A program made the translations under genes and the position numbers. 64,000 nucleotides of DNA from the human T2T-CHM13v2.0 reference genome, Homo sapiens: positions 11,136,001 through 11,200,000 of the forward strand of contig CP086569.2 of NCBI GenBank assembly GCA_009914755.4, written 5' to 3'. The notes beneath the pieces were generated by a model that saw nothing but the letters and a program-made list of their open reading frames with translations, did no database searches and had not been told where the DNA came from. Numbering within the stretch: the stretch's first letter is position 1; each line of letters opens with the position of its first letter. Shown here piece by piece: positions 26,959-41,182 of this stretch.

Positions 26959-28365
26959 TCCATTCCATTCCATTGTTTTCCTTTCCATTCCACAGCATTC
27001 CAAAACAATCCACTGAAGTCCACTCCACTTCTCTCCTCTCCACTCCATTCCATTCCATTTCGTTCCATTCCATTCCACTCCACTCAACTACTTTCCACTC
27101 CATTCCATTCCATACCACTCCATTCCTCTCCATTCCTATCCACTCCACTCTGCTCCAGTCCTCTCTATTCTACTCCAATCCTCTCCTCTCCACTCCCTTC
27201 CACCCCACTCAACTCCATCGCATTCTGTTCCGTTCAATTCCGTTCCATTCCATTACACTCCATTGCATTCCACTCCATTCCACTCCACTCTACTCCACTC
27301 CTCTCCCTTCCATTGCATTCCATTCGAGTCCATTCCAATCCATTCGACCACATTCCATTCCACTCCACTCCATTTCACTCCACTCCACTCCATCCCATTC
27401 CATTCCACGCCATTCCATTCCATTCCAGTCCATTCCATTCCACTCCATTCCACTCCAATCCACTACAATATACTCCAATCCACTTCATTGCAGTCCACTC
27501 CACTCCACTCTACTTCACTTCACCCCAGTCCTCTCCATTCCATTACACTCCACTCCATTCCATTCCATTCCATTCCACTCCATTCCAGTCCATTCCATTC
27601 CACCACAGTATGCTCTATTCCATTCCATTCCATTCCATTCCACACCAATCCACACCACTCTAATCCATTCCATTCCATTCAATTTCACTCCACTCCACTA
27701 CACTCCATTCCTCTCCAATCCATTCCAATCCACTGAACTCCACTCTACTCCACTCCACTTTACTCCACTCCACTCCTCTTCACTCCTTTCCATTCCACTC
27801 CACTTCACTCCACTCCACTCCATTCCACTCCATTTTATTCCACTGCATTCCACTCCACTCCATGTCATTCCATTCCACGCCACTCCATTTCACTCCACTC
27901 CATTCCTTTCCTTTCCATCCCATGCTATTCTGCTACACTCCATTTCACTCCATTTCATTCCACTCCATTCCTCTTTATTTCATTCCATTCCACTCCAGTG
28001 CACTGCATTCCACTCCACTGCACTTCTTACATTCAATTACATTCCATTCCACTCAATTCCTTTCCACTCCACTCCAATCCACTCCAATCCACTCCATTCC
28101 ACTCCCCTCCACTTCACTCCACGCCACTCCACTCCAGTCCACTCCACTCCACTCCATTCCACTCCATTCCACTCCACTCCATTCCATTCCATTCCACTCC
28201 ACTCAACACCCCTCCACTCCTTTCCACTCCACTGCACTCTACTCCTTTCCACTGAACTCTACTACGCTCCACTCCACTCCATTTCTTTCCATCTGATTCA
28301 ATTCCACTTTTTTCCACTCCACTCCAGTACATTCCATTCCATTCCATTCCATTCCATTGCATTCC

Positions 28366-28447
28366 AATATTTTCTTTCGACAGGATCTCACTCTGTCACC
28401 CATGGTGGAGAGCAGTGGCACAATCTCAGCTCACATTTCATTTCCCC
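28366..28447 (-). mobile_element. Antisense Alu 3'-tail relic, class E-like
   Basis: tttctttcgacaggatctcactctgtcacccatggtggagagcagtggcacaatctcagctcacatttcatttcccc. Confidence 0.7.
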
Positions 28448-29019
28448 TTCCATTCCATTACGTTCCATTCCGTTTCATTCCATTCCATTGCATTTTCCTT
28501 CATTCTATTCCATTCCACTCCACTCCACTCCACTCCATCCACTCCATTTCATTTTATTACACTCCACTCAATTCCATTCCACTCCACTGCACTCCATTCT
28601 ATTCCACTCCACACCACTCCATTGTATTCCACTCAACTCCACTCCATTACAATCCACTGCACTCCATTCCATTCCACTCCACTCCCCTCCATTCCAATCC
28701 ACTCCACTCCACTCCCTTCCATTCCATTCTATTTCACTCCATGCCACTCCATTCCATTCCACTCTACTCCACTCCACTCCACTCCAATGCATTCCTCTCC
28801 ACTCCACTTCATTCTACTCAACTCCTCTCCTCTCCACTCTACTCAACTCTGCTCCACTCCTCTCCATTCCATTCAACTCCATTCCATTCCACTCCACTCC
28901 ACTACATTGCATTCCATTCGACTCCACTGCACTCTACTCCACTCCACTTCATTCCATTGCATTCCACTCCACTCCATTCCATTCTATTCCATTCCATTGC
29001 ATGCCATTCCATTCCATTC

Positions 29020-29100
29020 CATTTCTTTCTTTCAACAGGATCTCACTATTTCACCCTGGCTGGAGTGCTGTGTACAATCTCAGCTAACATTTCTTTTCAC
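29020..29100 (-). mobile_element. Antisense Alu 3'-tail relic, class D-like
   Basis: tttctttcaacaggatctcactatttcaccctggctggagtgctgtgtacaatctcagctaacatttcttttcacc. Confidence 0.65.
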
Positions 29101-29729
29101 CATTCCATTTCATTCCGTTAAATTGCATTTAATTCCACTCAACTCCACTCCACTCAAATCCACTGCATTCCACTCCACTCCATTCCATTCGGTACCACTA
29201 CTCTCCAATCCATTCCACTCCACTCCACTCTATTCCACTCCTCTTCACTCCATTCCACTCCACTCCACTCCATTCCTCTGCACACCGTTCCATTCCATTA
29301 AGTTCCATTCCATTCCACTCCACTCCATTCCACTCCACTCCATGGCATTTCACTCCACTCCACTCTATTCCATTGCATTCCACTCCAATCCTTTCCATTC
29401 TACTGCATTCCACTACATTCCTTTCCTTTCCTCTGCACTACACTGCATTCCACTCCACTCCACTTCATTCCACTCCAATTCACTCCAATCCACTGTATTC
29501 CAGTCCACTCCATGATACTCCATTCCACTCCACTCCACTTCACTCCATTCCACTCCACTCTATTCCAATGCACTCCACTCCCGTCCACTCATTTCCACCC
29601 AACACCACTCCACTCCATTCCATTCCCCTCTACTCCACTCCATTCCACACCATTTCATTCTGTCCCATTCAATTCTATTCCTTTCACTCCACTCCACTCC
29701 ATGCCATTCAAATTCATTCCATTCCAATA

Positions 29730-29806
29730 TTTTCTTTAGACAGTATCTCACTCGGTCACCCATGCTGTAGTGCAGTGGCACAATCTCAGTTCACATTTCA
29801 TTTCCC
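29730..29806 (-). mobile_element. Antisense Alu 3'-tail relic, class A'-like
   Basis: agacagtatctcactcggtcacccatgctgtagtgcagtggcacaatctcagttcacatttcatttcccc. Confidence 0.7.
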
Positions 29807-29940
29807 CTTCAATTCAATTCTATTGCATTTCATTCCATTCCATTCCTTTTTGCTCCACTCAATTCCATTCCACTCTACTCTACTCCACTCCTCTCCCATC
29901 CACTCCGTTCCATTTCATTCTACTCCATTCCATTCCATTA

Positions 29941-30018
29941 CTTTCTTTTGACTGGATCTCCCTTTGTCGCCCAGACTGAAGAGCAGCGGCACAATCTTGG
30001 CTGACATTACATTTCTCC
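29941..30018 (-). mobile_element. Antisense Alu 3'-tail relic, class A (CpGs retained: gtcgccc, cagcggc)
   Basis: ctttcttttgactggatctccctttgtcgcccagactgaagagcagcggcacaatcttggctgacattacatttctcc. Confidence 0.7.
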
Positions 30019-33000
30019 ACTCCGTTCCATTCCATTCCACTATATTCTATTCCACTGTACCCTATTCCATTCCATTCCAATCCACTCCACTCCACTCCAT
30101 TCCATTCCATCTCCTTGTATTCCGTTTCACTGCACCGCACTCCAACCTAAGCACTTAACTCCACTCCACTCCACTCCTCTCCAATCCATTCCATTCCATT
30201 CCACTCCACTTCATTCCATTCCAGTCCACCGATTCCACTCCACTCCACTCCACTCCAATCCATTCCATTCCCCTCCACTCCATTGCATTCCACTCCACTG
30301 CACTAAATTCCATTTCACTTTTCTCCAATCCATTCCATTCCATTCCACTCCACTACATTCCACTCGAATCCACTCCACTCCTCTTCACTCTGCTCCACTC
30401 CATTCCATTTCACTCCATTCCATTCCACTACATTCCACTTCATTCTATTCCACTCCACTCCACTCCATTCCATTCCACTCCACTCCATTCCATTCCACTC
30501 CTTTCTACTCCATTCCACTCCACTCATTCCATTCCAATCCAATCCACTCCACTCCAATCCACTCCACCCCACTCCATTACACTCCATTCCACTTCATTTC
30601 ATTCCACTCCATTCCATTCTATTCCACTTCCATTCCATTGTATTCCATTCCACTACACTCCATTTCACTCCATTTCACTCCACTCCATTCCTCTCCATTC
30701 CATTCCATTCCACTCCACTCCCCTCCATTCCGTTCCTCTCCACTCCACTCCATTCTGTTCCATTCCATTCCCTTCGATTAAATTCCATTCCATTCCTTTC
30801 AACTCCACTGCATTCCATTCCACTCCACTTTTCTCCATTCCATTCCAATCCACTCTACTCCACTGCACTCCACTCCACTCCATTCCATTCCACTTCATTC
30901 CACTGCACTCCACTCCTGTCCACTCCATACCATTCCATTCCATTCCACTCACCTGCACTTCAGTCAACTACACTCCACTACAGTCCATTGCATTCCACTC
31001 CACTCCACTCAACTCCATCACATTGCACTGTGTTCCATTCCATTCTACACGTTTCCACTCCACTCTATACACTCCATTCCATTTCATCCCATTCCACTCC
31101 ACTCCACTCCATTCCACTCCATTCCACTACACTCCACTCTACTACACTCCATTTCATTCCATTCCATTCCACTCCATTCTACACCACTCCACTCCACTCC
31201 TCTGCACTCCTTTCCATTCAACTACACTCCACTTCATTGTTCTCCTCTCCACTTCAATCCACTCCATTCCATTCCATTCCACTGCACTCTATTCCACTCC
31301 ACTACTCTCCCATCCATTCCATTCCACTCATTTCCTTTCCATTCCACTCCTTTCCCGTCCACTTCACTGCACTGCCCTCCGTTCCACTTCACTCTGCTCC
31401 ACTGCACTCCACTCCATTCCATTGCACTCTATTCAATTTCACTTCATTCCACTCCAGTTCACTCCATTCTATTACATTCCATTCCACTCCGCTGCATTCC
31501 AGTCCACTCCACTCCACTTCATTCCACTCCATTCCATTCCAGTCCACCCACTCTACTCCATTCTATTCAATTCCATTTCATTCCGCTCCACTCTACTCAC
31601 TTGCATTCCACTGCTCTCCACTCCACTCCTTTGCACTCCACTTCACTCTTCTCCATTCCTCTCCACTCCACTTCACTCCCTACCATTTCTCTCCACTCCA
31701 TTTCATTCCACTCCACTGCACTCACTTGCATTCCACTCCACTTCACTCCAATCCATTCCATTCTACTCCACTACATTTCACACCACTCCACTCCTTTCTA
31801 CTCAAATCCAATCCATTCCACTCCATTCCATTCCACTCCACTACAGTCTATTCCAATCCACTGCACTCCACTCCATTAAACACTTTTCCATTCCATTCCA
31901 TTCCATTTCATTCCATTCCACTATATTCCATTCAATTCCATTGCATTCCAATCCATTTCATTCCATTCCATTCCATTCACTTCCATTCACTTCCTCTCCA
32001 CTCCATCCCACTCCATTTCACTCCATTCCATTCCACCCCACTCCACACAACTTCACTCTACTCCGCTGAATTCCATACCAGTCCATTCCTCTCTACTCCA
32101 CTCCACTCCATTCCTTTCCATTCCATTCCGTTCCACTCCATTACACTCCACCCCACTCCACTGCAGTCCTCTCCATTCCACTCCATTCCATTCCATTCCA
32201 CAGCAGTCCATCCATTCCACTCCACTCCACTCCATTCCATTCCACACTACTCCATTACACACCACTCCACTCCATTCCACACCACTCCAGTCCATTCCAG
32301 TCTGCTCCATTATACGCCATTGCGCTGCATTCCACTCCACTCCACTCCAGTCCACTCCACTCCACTCCAGTCCACTCCTCTTCATTCGATTCCATTCCAT
32401 TCCCTTCCATTCCTCTACACTCCACTCCACTCAACTCCACTCCAATCCACTCCTCTCCATTCCATACCATTCCGTTCTACACCATGTCTCTCCACTCCAC
32501 TCATCTCCACTCCACACCACTCGTCTTCATTCCATTCCTTTCTAAAACTTTCCACTCCTATCTACTCCACTCCATTCCGCTCCATTCCACTCCATCCCAT
32601 TCCATTCCACTCCATTCCACTCCACTGCACTACACCCCACTCCACTCAACTCCACTCCATTCCCTAAGAATCCATACCACTCCATTCCACTCCACTCTAC
32701 TCCATTCCATTCCACTCCATTGCACTCCACTCCACTCAACTCCACTCCACTCCACTCCATTCCATTCCACTTCACCCCACTCCACTCCTCTCCATTCCAG
32801 TTGTCTCCACTCCACTCCTCTCCATTCCTCTCCCTTCCACTCCACTCCACTCGACTCCACTCCTCTTCACTACACTCCATTCCACTCCACTCCACTCCAT
32901 GCATTCCACTCCATTCCATTCCATTCCCGTGCACTCCATTCCATTTCATTCCACTCCACTCGATTCCATTCCATTCCCTTTCACTCCATTCCATTTCATT

Positions 33001-33616
33001 CCACTTCACTTGATTCCGTTCCACTCCCTTCCATTCCACTCCCTTCCATTCCACTCCAATCCATTCCATTCCATCCCATGGTATTCCACTCCATTTCACT
33101 CCCCTCCACTACACCCCAATCCACTCAACTCTACTCCATTGCATAAGAATCCATTCCACTCTATTCCACACCATTCCATTCCATTCCATTCCACTCCATT
33201 CCTCCCCATTCGACTCCATTCCACTCCCCTCCACTCCATCCCATTCCACTCCATTCTACTCCACTCCATTCCACTCCACTGCACTCCACTCCACTCCACT
33301 CAACTCCAGTCCACTCCAATCCACTCCACTCCATTCCGTTTTATTCCATTTCATTCCATTCCATTCCAATCCATTCCGTTCCATTCCATTCCATTCCTTC
33401 CCATTCCACTCCACTCCATTCCAATCCACCGCATTACACTCCAATCCACTCCACTCCACTCGATTCCACTACATTCCATTCCATTCCAACCCATTCCATT
33501 CCACTCCACTCCATTCCACTCTATTCCATTCCATTGCTTTCCATTCCATTCCACTCCACTCCACTTCACTCCACTCTCTTCCACTCCATTTCTTTCCACT
33601 CCATTCCATTCCATTC

Positions 33617-33693
33617 CTTTCTTTACACAGGATCTCTCTGCGTCAAAAAGTCGGAAGTGCAGAGGCACAATATCAGCTCACATTTATTTTCAC
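33617..33693 (-). mobile_element. Antisense Alu 3'-tail relic, class D-like
   Basis: ctttctttacacaggatctctctgcgtcaaaaagtcggaagtgcagaggcacaatatcagctcacatttattttcacc. Confidence 0.65.
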
Positions 33694-33864
33694 CATTCCA
33701 TTGCATTACATTCCATCCCACTGCTTTCCACTTTTTTTCACTCCACTCCACTCCATTCCATTCCACTCCATTCCATTCCATTCGACTCCATTGCACTCCA
33801 CTCCACTCTTTTCCACTGCACCTCACGCCACTCCATTTCATTTCATACCATTGCATTCCAATCC

Positions 33865-33950
33865 TTTCTTTTGACAGAATATCACTGTGTTACCAAGTTT
33901 GGAGTGCAGTGGCACAATCTCAGCTCACATTACCTGCCAACTTTCATTGC
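33865..33950 (-). mobile_element. Antisense Alu 3'-tail relic, class B
   Basis: ttttgacagaatatcactgtgttaccaagtttggagtgcagtggcacaatctcagctcacattacctgccaactttcattgcattgc. Confidence 0.7.
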
Positions 33951-36900
33951 ATTGCATTCTATTCCATTTCATTGAATTGCATTGCAAGTCATTACATTCC
34001 ATTGAACGGAATTGCCTTGCATTGCATACCATTTCATTCCACTGCACTCCATTTCATTCCATTCCACTCCACTCCACTCCACTACATTCCATTCCCTTTA
34101 ATTACAATCCACTCCACTCCACTCCATTCCACTCCAATGCACTCCACTGCACTCCCCTCCATTCTGTTCAATTCCTTTCCATTTCTTTCCATTCCACTGA
34201 GTTCCACTCCATTCCATTCCATCCCTTTTCAATCCACTGCACTCCACTCAGTTCCACTCCATTACACTCCATTCCATGCCATTGATCTCCACTCCACTCC
34301 ACTCCTTCCCACTCCAACTTACTCCACTCCAGATCATTCCATTCAATTCCCTTCCACTCCAATCCACTACACTCCATTCCATTCAATTCCACTCCATTCC
34401 AGTTCATTCCACCAAATTACACTCCATTCCACTTCATTTCACTTCAATCCACTCCACTCCATTCCGTTCCCCTCCATTCCATGCCATTGCTCTCCACTGA
34501 ACTCCACTCCACTCCACTCCTTTCCACTCCAACCCACTCCAGTCCAGTCAATTCCACTCAATTCCATTCCACTCCACTCCATTCTACTTCATTCCATTCC
34601 AATCCTTTTCCCTCCACTCCATTTCATTCCACTCCACTCCATTCCATTCCACTCCTCTCCATTCCATTCCTGTGCACTCCACTCCACTCCACTCCATTCC
34701 ATTCCATTCCACTCCACTCCACACCACTCCATTCCATTCGATTACATTCCTTTCCACTCCACTCCACTGCACTCCATCCTAGTCCACTCTACTCCATTCA
34801 ATTCCATTCCATTCCATTCCACTGCACTCCACTCAACACCACTCAATTCCTCTACATTCCACTCCTCCATTCCATTCCATTCCCTTCCATTCAATTCCCC
34901 TCCACTCCACTCCAATGCACACCACTCCATACGACTCCACTCCATTCCAATCCAGTCCATTCCATTCTATTCCACTCCATTCCATTCCACTCCACCCAAT
35001 TCCATTCCAGTCCACTCCACCCCCCTCAACTACACTCCATTCCATTCCATTCCACTACACACCCCTCCACTCCATTCCATTAATTCCATTTCCCTCCACT
35101 ACTCTCCAGTCCATTGCTTTCCATTCCATTCCACTCCATTCCACTCCACTCCCCTCCAATCCATTCCACTCCATTCTTTTCCACTCCACTGCACTCCACA
35201 CTAGTCAACTCCACTCCACTCAATTCCATTCCATTGCATTCCACTGCAGTCTACTCAATTCCTCTCCACTGCACTCCTCCAATCCATTCCATTCCTTTCC
35301 ATTGCATTCCACTCCACTGCACTCCGATGCACAGCATGCCATTCGACTCCGCTTCACTCCAATGCAGTCCATTCCGTTCCATTCCATTCCACTCCATTCT
35401 ATTCCACTCCACCCAATTCCATTCCATTCCACTCCACTCCACTCCACTCAACTCCACTCCATTCTATTCCTTTCCAGTCCACTCCACACCACTCCATTCC
35501 ATTCCTTCCATTCCACTACACTCCCCTCCACTACATTCCATTCCACTCCATTCCCCTCTACTCCACTACACTCCATTGCATTCCATTTCATTCCACTCCA
35601 ATCCACTCCACTCCCCTCCACTCCTCTCCATTATTTTCAACTCCACTCCATTTCATTCCACTCAATGCTATTCCGTTTCACTCTGCTCTATTCCATTTCA
35701 TTCCATTCCATTCTATTCCATTCCATTCCATTCCATTCTTCTCCATTCCATTCCACTCCATTCCATTCCACTCCACTCCATTTCATTCCACTCCACTCCA
35801 CTCCCCTCCTATCCATTATACAATACTCCACGCCACTGTAAACCATTTCACTCCATTCCATTCGACTGCACTCATTCCATTCCACTTCACTCCATTCCAC
35901 TCCGTTCCACTCCACTCCAGTCCATTCCATTCCATTCCATTCCACTCCGTTCCACTCCTCTGCATTCCACTCCTCTCCATTCCTCTCCACTCCATTCCAC
36001 TGAACTCCACTTCCTTCCACTCCAGTACACTCCAATCTACTTCAGTCCACTCTACTCCATTCCAGTCCTCTCCACTCCACTCCATTCCATTCCTATCCAT
36101 TACACTGCACTGTGGTCCACTCCAATCTACTCCAATCCATTCCGTTCCGTTTTCTTCTGATCTGTTCCATTCTGCTCTGTTCCACTTAACTCCACTCCAC
36201 TCCACTGCATTCCATTACATCCGATTACATTCCACTCCATTAAACTCATCTCCACTCTACTACTCTCCACTCCACTCCATTCCACTCTATCGCATTCATT
36301 TCTGTTCCATTCCACTGCACTCCATTCCACCCCACATCCCTCTTCTTCATTCCATTCCATTCCAGTCCACACCATTCCATTCCTTTCCATTCCATTCCAT
36401 TCCATTCCACTCCACACCTCTCCACTAAACTCCACTCCATTCTATTCCATTCCATTCCATTCCATTACAATCCACTCCACTCCACTAATTCCCACTCCAA
36501 TCCACTCCACTCCATTCCATTCTGTTTCATTAAATTCCAGTCCATCCCATTCCAATCTACTCCATTCCATTCCATTCCACTCCAATCGACTCCACTACAC
36601 TCCATTCCACTACATTCCAATACATTGCATGCCATTCCAGTCAACTCCAATCCAACCCAGTCCACTCCAGTCCACTCCACGATATTCCATTCCACCCCAC
36701 TGCACTCCACTCCATTCCAATTCACTCCATTGCTATCCTTTCAATTCCACTCCATTCCATTCCACTCCCCTCCATAATATTCCACTCTGCTCCATTCCAT
36801 TCCAGTGCACTCCACTTCATTCCATTCCACTCCACTCCACACCACTCCATTCCATTCCACTCCTTTCGTTTCCACTCACCTGCACTCCACTCCACACTAG

Positions 36901-36967
36901 TCAAATCCACTCCACTTCTCCATTCCATTGCAATCCTTTCCATTCCATTCCACTCCACTCTACTCCA

Positions 36968-37037
36968 ATGAAATGGAATAGAGGGGAATCGAATGGAATG
37001 GAGTGGAATGGAATTCCACTGAATGGAATGGAAAGTC
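36968..37037 (-). repeat. ~70-bp strand-flipped micro-segment (GGAAT strand on +) inside the CATTC-oriented array
   Basis: aaatggaatagaggggaatcgaatggaatggagtggaatggaattccactgaatggaatggaaag is embedded between CATTC-strand pentamers. It contains a central ggaattcc palindrome. Confidence 0.7.
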
Positions 37038-37930
37038 AGCTTTCCATAGCTTTTCAGTCTATTCCATTTCCTTCCATTCCATTCCACTGCATTCCATTCC
37101 ATGCCATTCCATTCCATTCTATTCCATTCCATTGCACTACACTCCACAACACTTCAATCCACTCCACTCCACTCCATTCCACTCCACTCCAGTCCACTCC
37201 ACAATGCTCCACTCCACTCCACTCCATTCCACTCTACACCACTCCACTCCATTCTATTCCACTCCACTCCACGCCACGCCAGTCCACTCCACTCCATTCC
37301 ACTCTACTCCTATCCCTTTCATTCTATTCCACTCGACTCCACTCCACTCCACTCGAATCCATTCCACTCCACTCCACTCCATTCCTTTCCATTCTATTCC
37401 ACTCCAATCCACTCCATTCCACTCCTTTCCATTTCATTCTATTCAATTCCATTCCATTCAACTCCACTCCAATCCAGTACATTCCACTGCACTCCAATTT
37501 ACTCCATTCCATTCCATTCCACTGCATTCCACTCCATTTCACTCCACTCCATTCCACTCTACTGCAATCCATTCCATTCCATTCCAATCCAATCTATTCC
37601 ATTGCACTCCACTCCATTCCACTCCTCTCCACTCCACTCAACTCCATTCCATTCCACTCAACTCCATTCCACTCCACTCCATTCCGTTCCACTACACTCC
37701 ATTTCATTCCACTGCAATCCATTCCATTCCATTCCACTCCATTCCCCTCCATCCCATTCCTTTCAATTCCATTCCTTTCCACTGCACTCCACTCCACTAA
37801 ACTCCATTCCATTGCTTTCCGTTCTATTCCAGTCCATTCCAATCTATTCCACTCCATTCCATTCCACTCCACTCCTTTCCATTTCATTTCATTCCATTCC
37901 ATTGCAATCCCTTACATTCCACTCCATGCT

Positions 37931-38002
37931 TTCAAAAGGATCTCCTTCTGTCACACAGGCTGTAGCACAATAGCACAATCTCAGCACACATTTCTTTTCA
38001 CC
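37931..38002 (-). mobile_element. Antisense Alu 3'-tail relic, class C
   Basis: caaaaggatctccttctgtcacacaggctgtagcacaatagcacaatctcagcacacatttcttttcacc. Confidence 0.7.
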
Positions 38003-38204
38003 ATTCCATTCCATTCCATTCCATTCCATTCCATTCCATTCCATTCCACTCCACTCCTTTCCACTACACTCCACTAGACTCCACTCCTTTCCATTCCAAT
38101 CTACTCCACTCCACTCCACTCAATTTCATTCCATCACATTGCATTCCACTCCTTTCTACTCCACTGCACACCAGTCCTTTCCATGGCACTGCAATCCATT
38201 CCAA

Positions 38205-38282
38205 TATTTTCTTTTGACAGGATTACTCTATCACCCAAGCTGGAGTGCAGTGGCACAATCTCAAGTCACATTTCATTTCACC
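38205..38282 (-). mobile_element. Antisense Alu 3'-tail relic, class F
   Basis: cttttgacaggattactctatcacccaagctggagtgcagtggcacaatctcaagtcacatttcatttcacc. Confidence 0.7.
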
Positions 38283-38374
38283 ATTCTATTCCATTCAATT
38301 CCTCTACATTCCTTTCCATTCCACTCCTCTCCATGACTCTTCACTCCATTCCATTCTAATCCATTCCATTCCAT

Positions 38375-38452
38375 TCTTTTATTTCGAATGTATCATACTC
38401 TGTCACCCAGACTGGAGTGCAGTAGCACAATCTTAACTCAACTTTCATTTCA
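38375..38452 (-). mobile_element. Antisense Alu 3'-tail relic, class G
   Basis: atttcgaatgtatcatactctgtcacccagactggagtgcagtagcacaatcttaactcaactttcatttcacc. Confidence 0.7.
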
Positions 38453-39289
38453 CCATTCCATTCCATTCCATTTCATTCCGTTCCATTCCATTCCATTCCA
38501 TTCCATTCCATTCCATTCCATTCCAGTCCAGTCCACTTCACTCCACTCTACTCCATTCCACTCCACACCACTCTAATCCACTCCATTCCATTCCACTACA
38601 CTCCATTCCATTCCATTCCATTCCACTCCACTGCAGTCCACACCACTCCACTACATTCCACTCCATTGCACTCCACTCCACTCCCTTCTATTTCACTCCA
38701 TTCCACTCCATTCCATTCCAATTCAGTCCATTCCATTCCGTTCCACTCAATTCCACTCCATTCAATTCCATTCCATTCCACTCAACTCCACTCCATTAAT
38801 TCCACTCCTCTCAATTCCATTCCATTCCCCTCCACTCCATTCCATTTCATTCTGTTCCATTCCATTCCAATCCTTTTGTCTCCAGCCCATTCCATTCCAC
38901 TCTATTCCAATCGAATTCACTCCTTTCCATTCCACCCCATTTGACTCCACTCCACTGTATTCCACTCCGCTCCACTCCACTGCATTCCACTCCACTCCAT
39001 TCCACTCCACTCCATTCCACTCTACTCCACTCCACTCAACTCCATTCCATTCCCTTCAATTCCATTGCACTCCACTCAATTCCATTCCAGTACACTCCAT
39101 TTCATTCCACTCCTATCCATTCCATTCCATTCCACTCCATTCCATTCCATTCCACTCAACTGCACTCCATTCCACTCCATTCCATTTCATTCCATTCTAT
39201 TCCACTCCCTTCCACTCTACTCCACTACACTCCATTCCACTCCCCTTCATTCCATTTCATTCCATTCCATTGCAATCGCTTACATTCCA

Positions 39290-39370
39290 CTCCTTTCTTT
39301 CCAAAGGATCTCCCTCTATCACACAGGCTGTAGCACAGTGGTACAATCTCAGCACACATTTCTTTTCACC
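39290..39370 (-). mobile_element. Antisense Alu 3'-tail relic, class C
   Basis: ccaaaggatctccctctatcacacaggctgtagcacagtggtacaatctcagcacacatttcttttcacc. Confidence 0.7.
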
Positions 39371-39549
39371 ATTCCATTCCATTCCATTCCACTCCTCTCC
39401 ACTCCTTTCCACTACACTCGACTAGACTCCACTCCATTCCATTCCAATCTGCTCCACTCCACTCAATTTCAATCCACCCCATTCCATTCCACTCCTTTCA
39501 ACTCCACTCCACACCATTCCATTCCATGCCAGAGCAATCCATTGCAATA

Positions 39550-39627
39550 TTTTCTTTCGACAGGATTACGCTGTCACCCAAGCTGGAGTGCAGTGGCACA
39601 ATCTCAAGTCACATTTCATTTCACCAT
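39550..39627 (-). mobile_element. Antisense Alu 3'-tail relic, class F
   Basis: tttcgacaggattacgctgtcacccaagctggagtgcagtggcacaatctcaagtcacatttcatttcacc. Confidence 0.7.
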
Positions 39628-39717
39628 TTTATTGCATTCAATTCCCCTACATTCCATTCCATTCCACTCCACTCCATGATTCTTGACTCCACTCCATTCT
39701 ACTCCATTCCATTCCAT

Positions 39718-39798
39718 TCTTTTATTTCGAATGTATCACATTTTGTCACCCAGACAGGGGTTCAGTAGCACAATCTTAACTCAACTTCCATTTCACCA
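39718..39798 (-). mobile_element. Antisense Alu 3'-tail relic, class G
   Basis: atttcgaatgtatcacattttgtcacccagacaggggttcagtagcacaatcttaactcaacttccatttcacc. Confidence 0.7.
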
Positions 39799-41182
39799 TT
39801 CCATTCCATTCCATTTTATTCCACTCCATTCCATTCCATTCCACTCCACTCCACTCCAGTCCACTCCACTATATTCCACCCCATTCCACTCCACTCAACT
39901 CCCTTCTATTTCTCTCCATTCAACTCCATACCATTGCAATTCACTCCATTCCATTCCGTTCCACTCCATTCAATTCTATTTCATTCCACTCAATTCCAGT
40001 CCATTAGTTCCACTCCACTCTATTCCATTCCATTCCACTCTTCTCCATTCCATTCCTTTCCATTCCAGTGCTTTTGACTCCAACCCATTCAATTCCACTC
40101 TATTCCAATAGAATCCTCTCCTTTCCATTCCACCCCATTTCACTCCATTTGACTCCATCTCCACTGCATTCCACTCCACTCCACTCCATTCCACTTCACT
40201 GCATTCCATTCCATTGCATTCCAATTCATTCCATTCGACTCCACTACACTCCATTCCACTGAAATCCATTCCACTCCACTCCATTCCACTCCAATCCCTT
40301 CCCATCCACTCCATTCCACTCCATTCCTTTCCATTCTATTCCACTCCAATCCACTCCATTCCACTACATTCCATTCCATTCCATTCCATTCCATTGAACT
40401 CCACTCCAGTCGAGTCCCTTCCACTCCTCTCTTCTCCTTTCCATTCCATTCCATTCCATTCCACTCCTTTCCACTACATTTGACTCCACCCCATTCCACT
40501 CCACTGCAATGTATTCCATTCCATTCCTTTCTAATCCAATCTATTACATTCCACTCCACTCCACTCAATTCCATTCCATTCCACTCCATTCCATTCCAAT
40601 CCACTCCATTCCATTACACTCCATTTCTTTCCACTCCATTCCATTCCATTACATTCCACTCCATTCCACTGCATTCGATTCCACTCCACTGCACTCCACT
40701 CCACACCACTCCAATCCATGGCATTCCATTCCATTCCACTCCCCTCCATTCCACTCCGATCCACTTCATTCAACTCCACTCCATTCCACTCAACTCCACT
40801 CCATTCTATTCCATTCTACTCCTCTCCATTTCATTGCACTCCACTCCATTCCTTTCCATTCCATTCCACTGTAGTCCTCTCTACTCCTTTCTCTTCCCTT
40901 CCATGCAACTCCAATACACTCCATTCCAGTCCACCCTACTCCACTCCATTCCACTCCTCTCCACTCCACTCCACTATGCTTTAATCCACTAAACTACACT
41001 GAACTACATTCCATTCCACTCCACTCCACTTCACTCAACTCCACTACTCTACACTCCATTCCATTTCATTCCACTTCATTGCACTCGAATCCACTCCATT
41101 CCATTCAATTCCATTCCACTCCATTCCTGTCCACACCACTCCCCTCCACTCCAGTGGATTCCAATCCATTCCATTCCATTCC

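Noticed and set aside
26952-29087. 711-aa ORF (and many other 200-700 aa ORFs such as 42805-44937 and 53524-55536) reading HSIPFHSTPLHS... on + and MEWNGMEWNG... on -
   Set aside because: These are pure low-complexity translations of the (CATTC)n/(GGAAT)n pentamer. The CATTC strand lacks TGA/TAG/TAA in some frames, so frames stay open. ORFs overlap on both strands and start at arbitrary (often non-ATG) codons. The context is a eukaryotic satellite.
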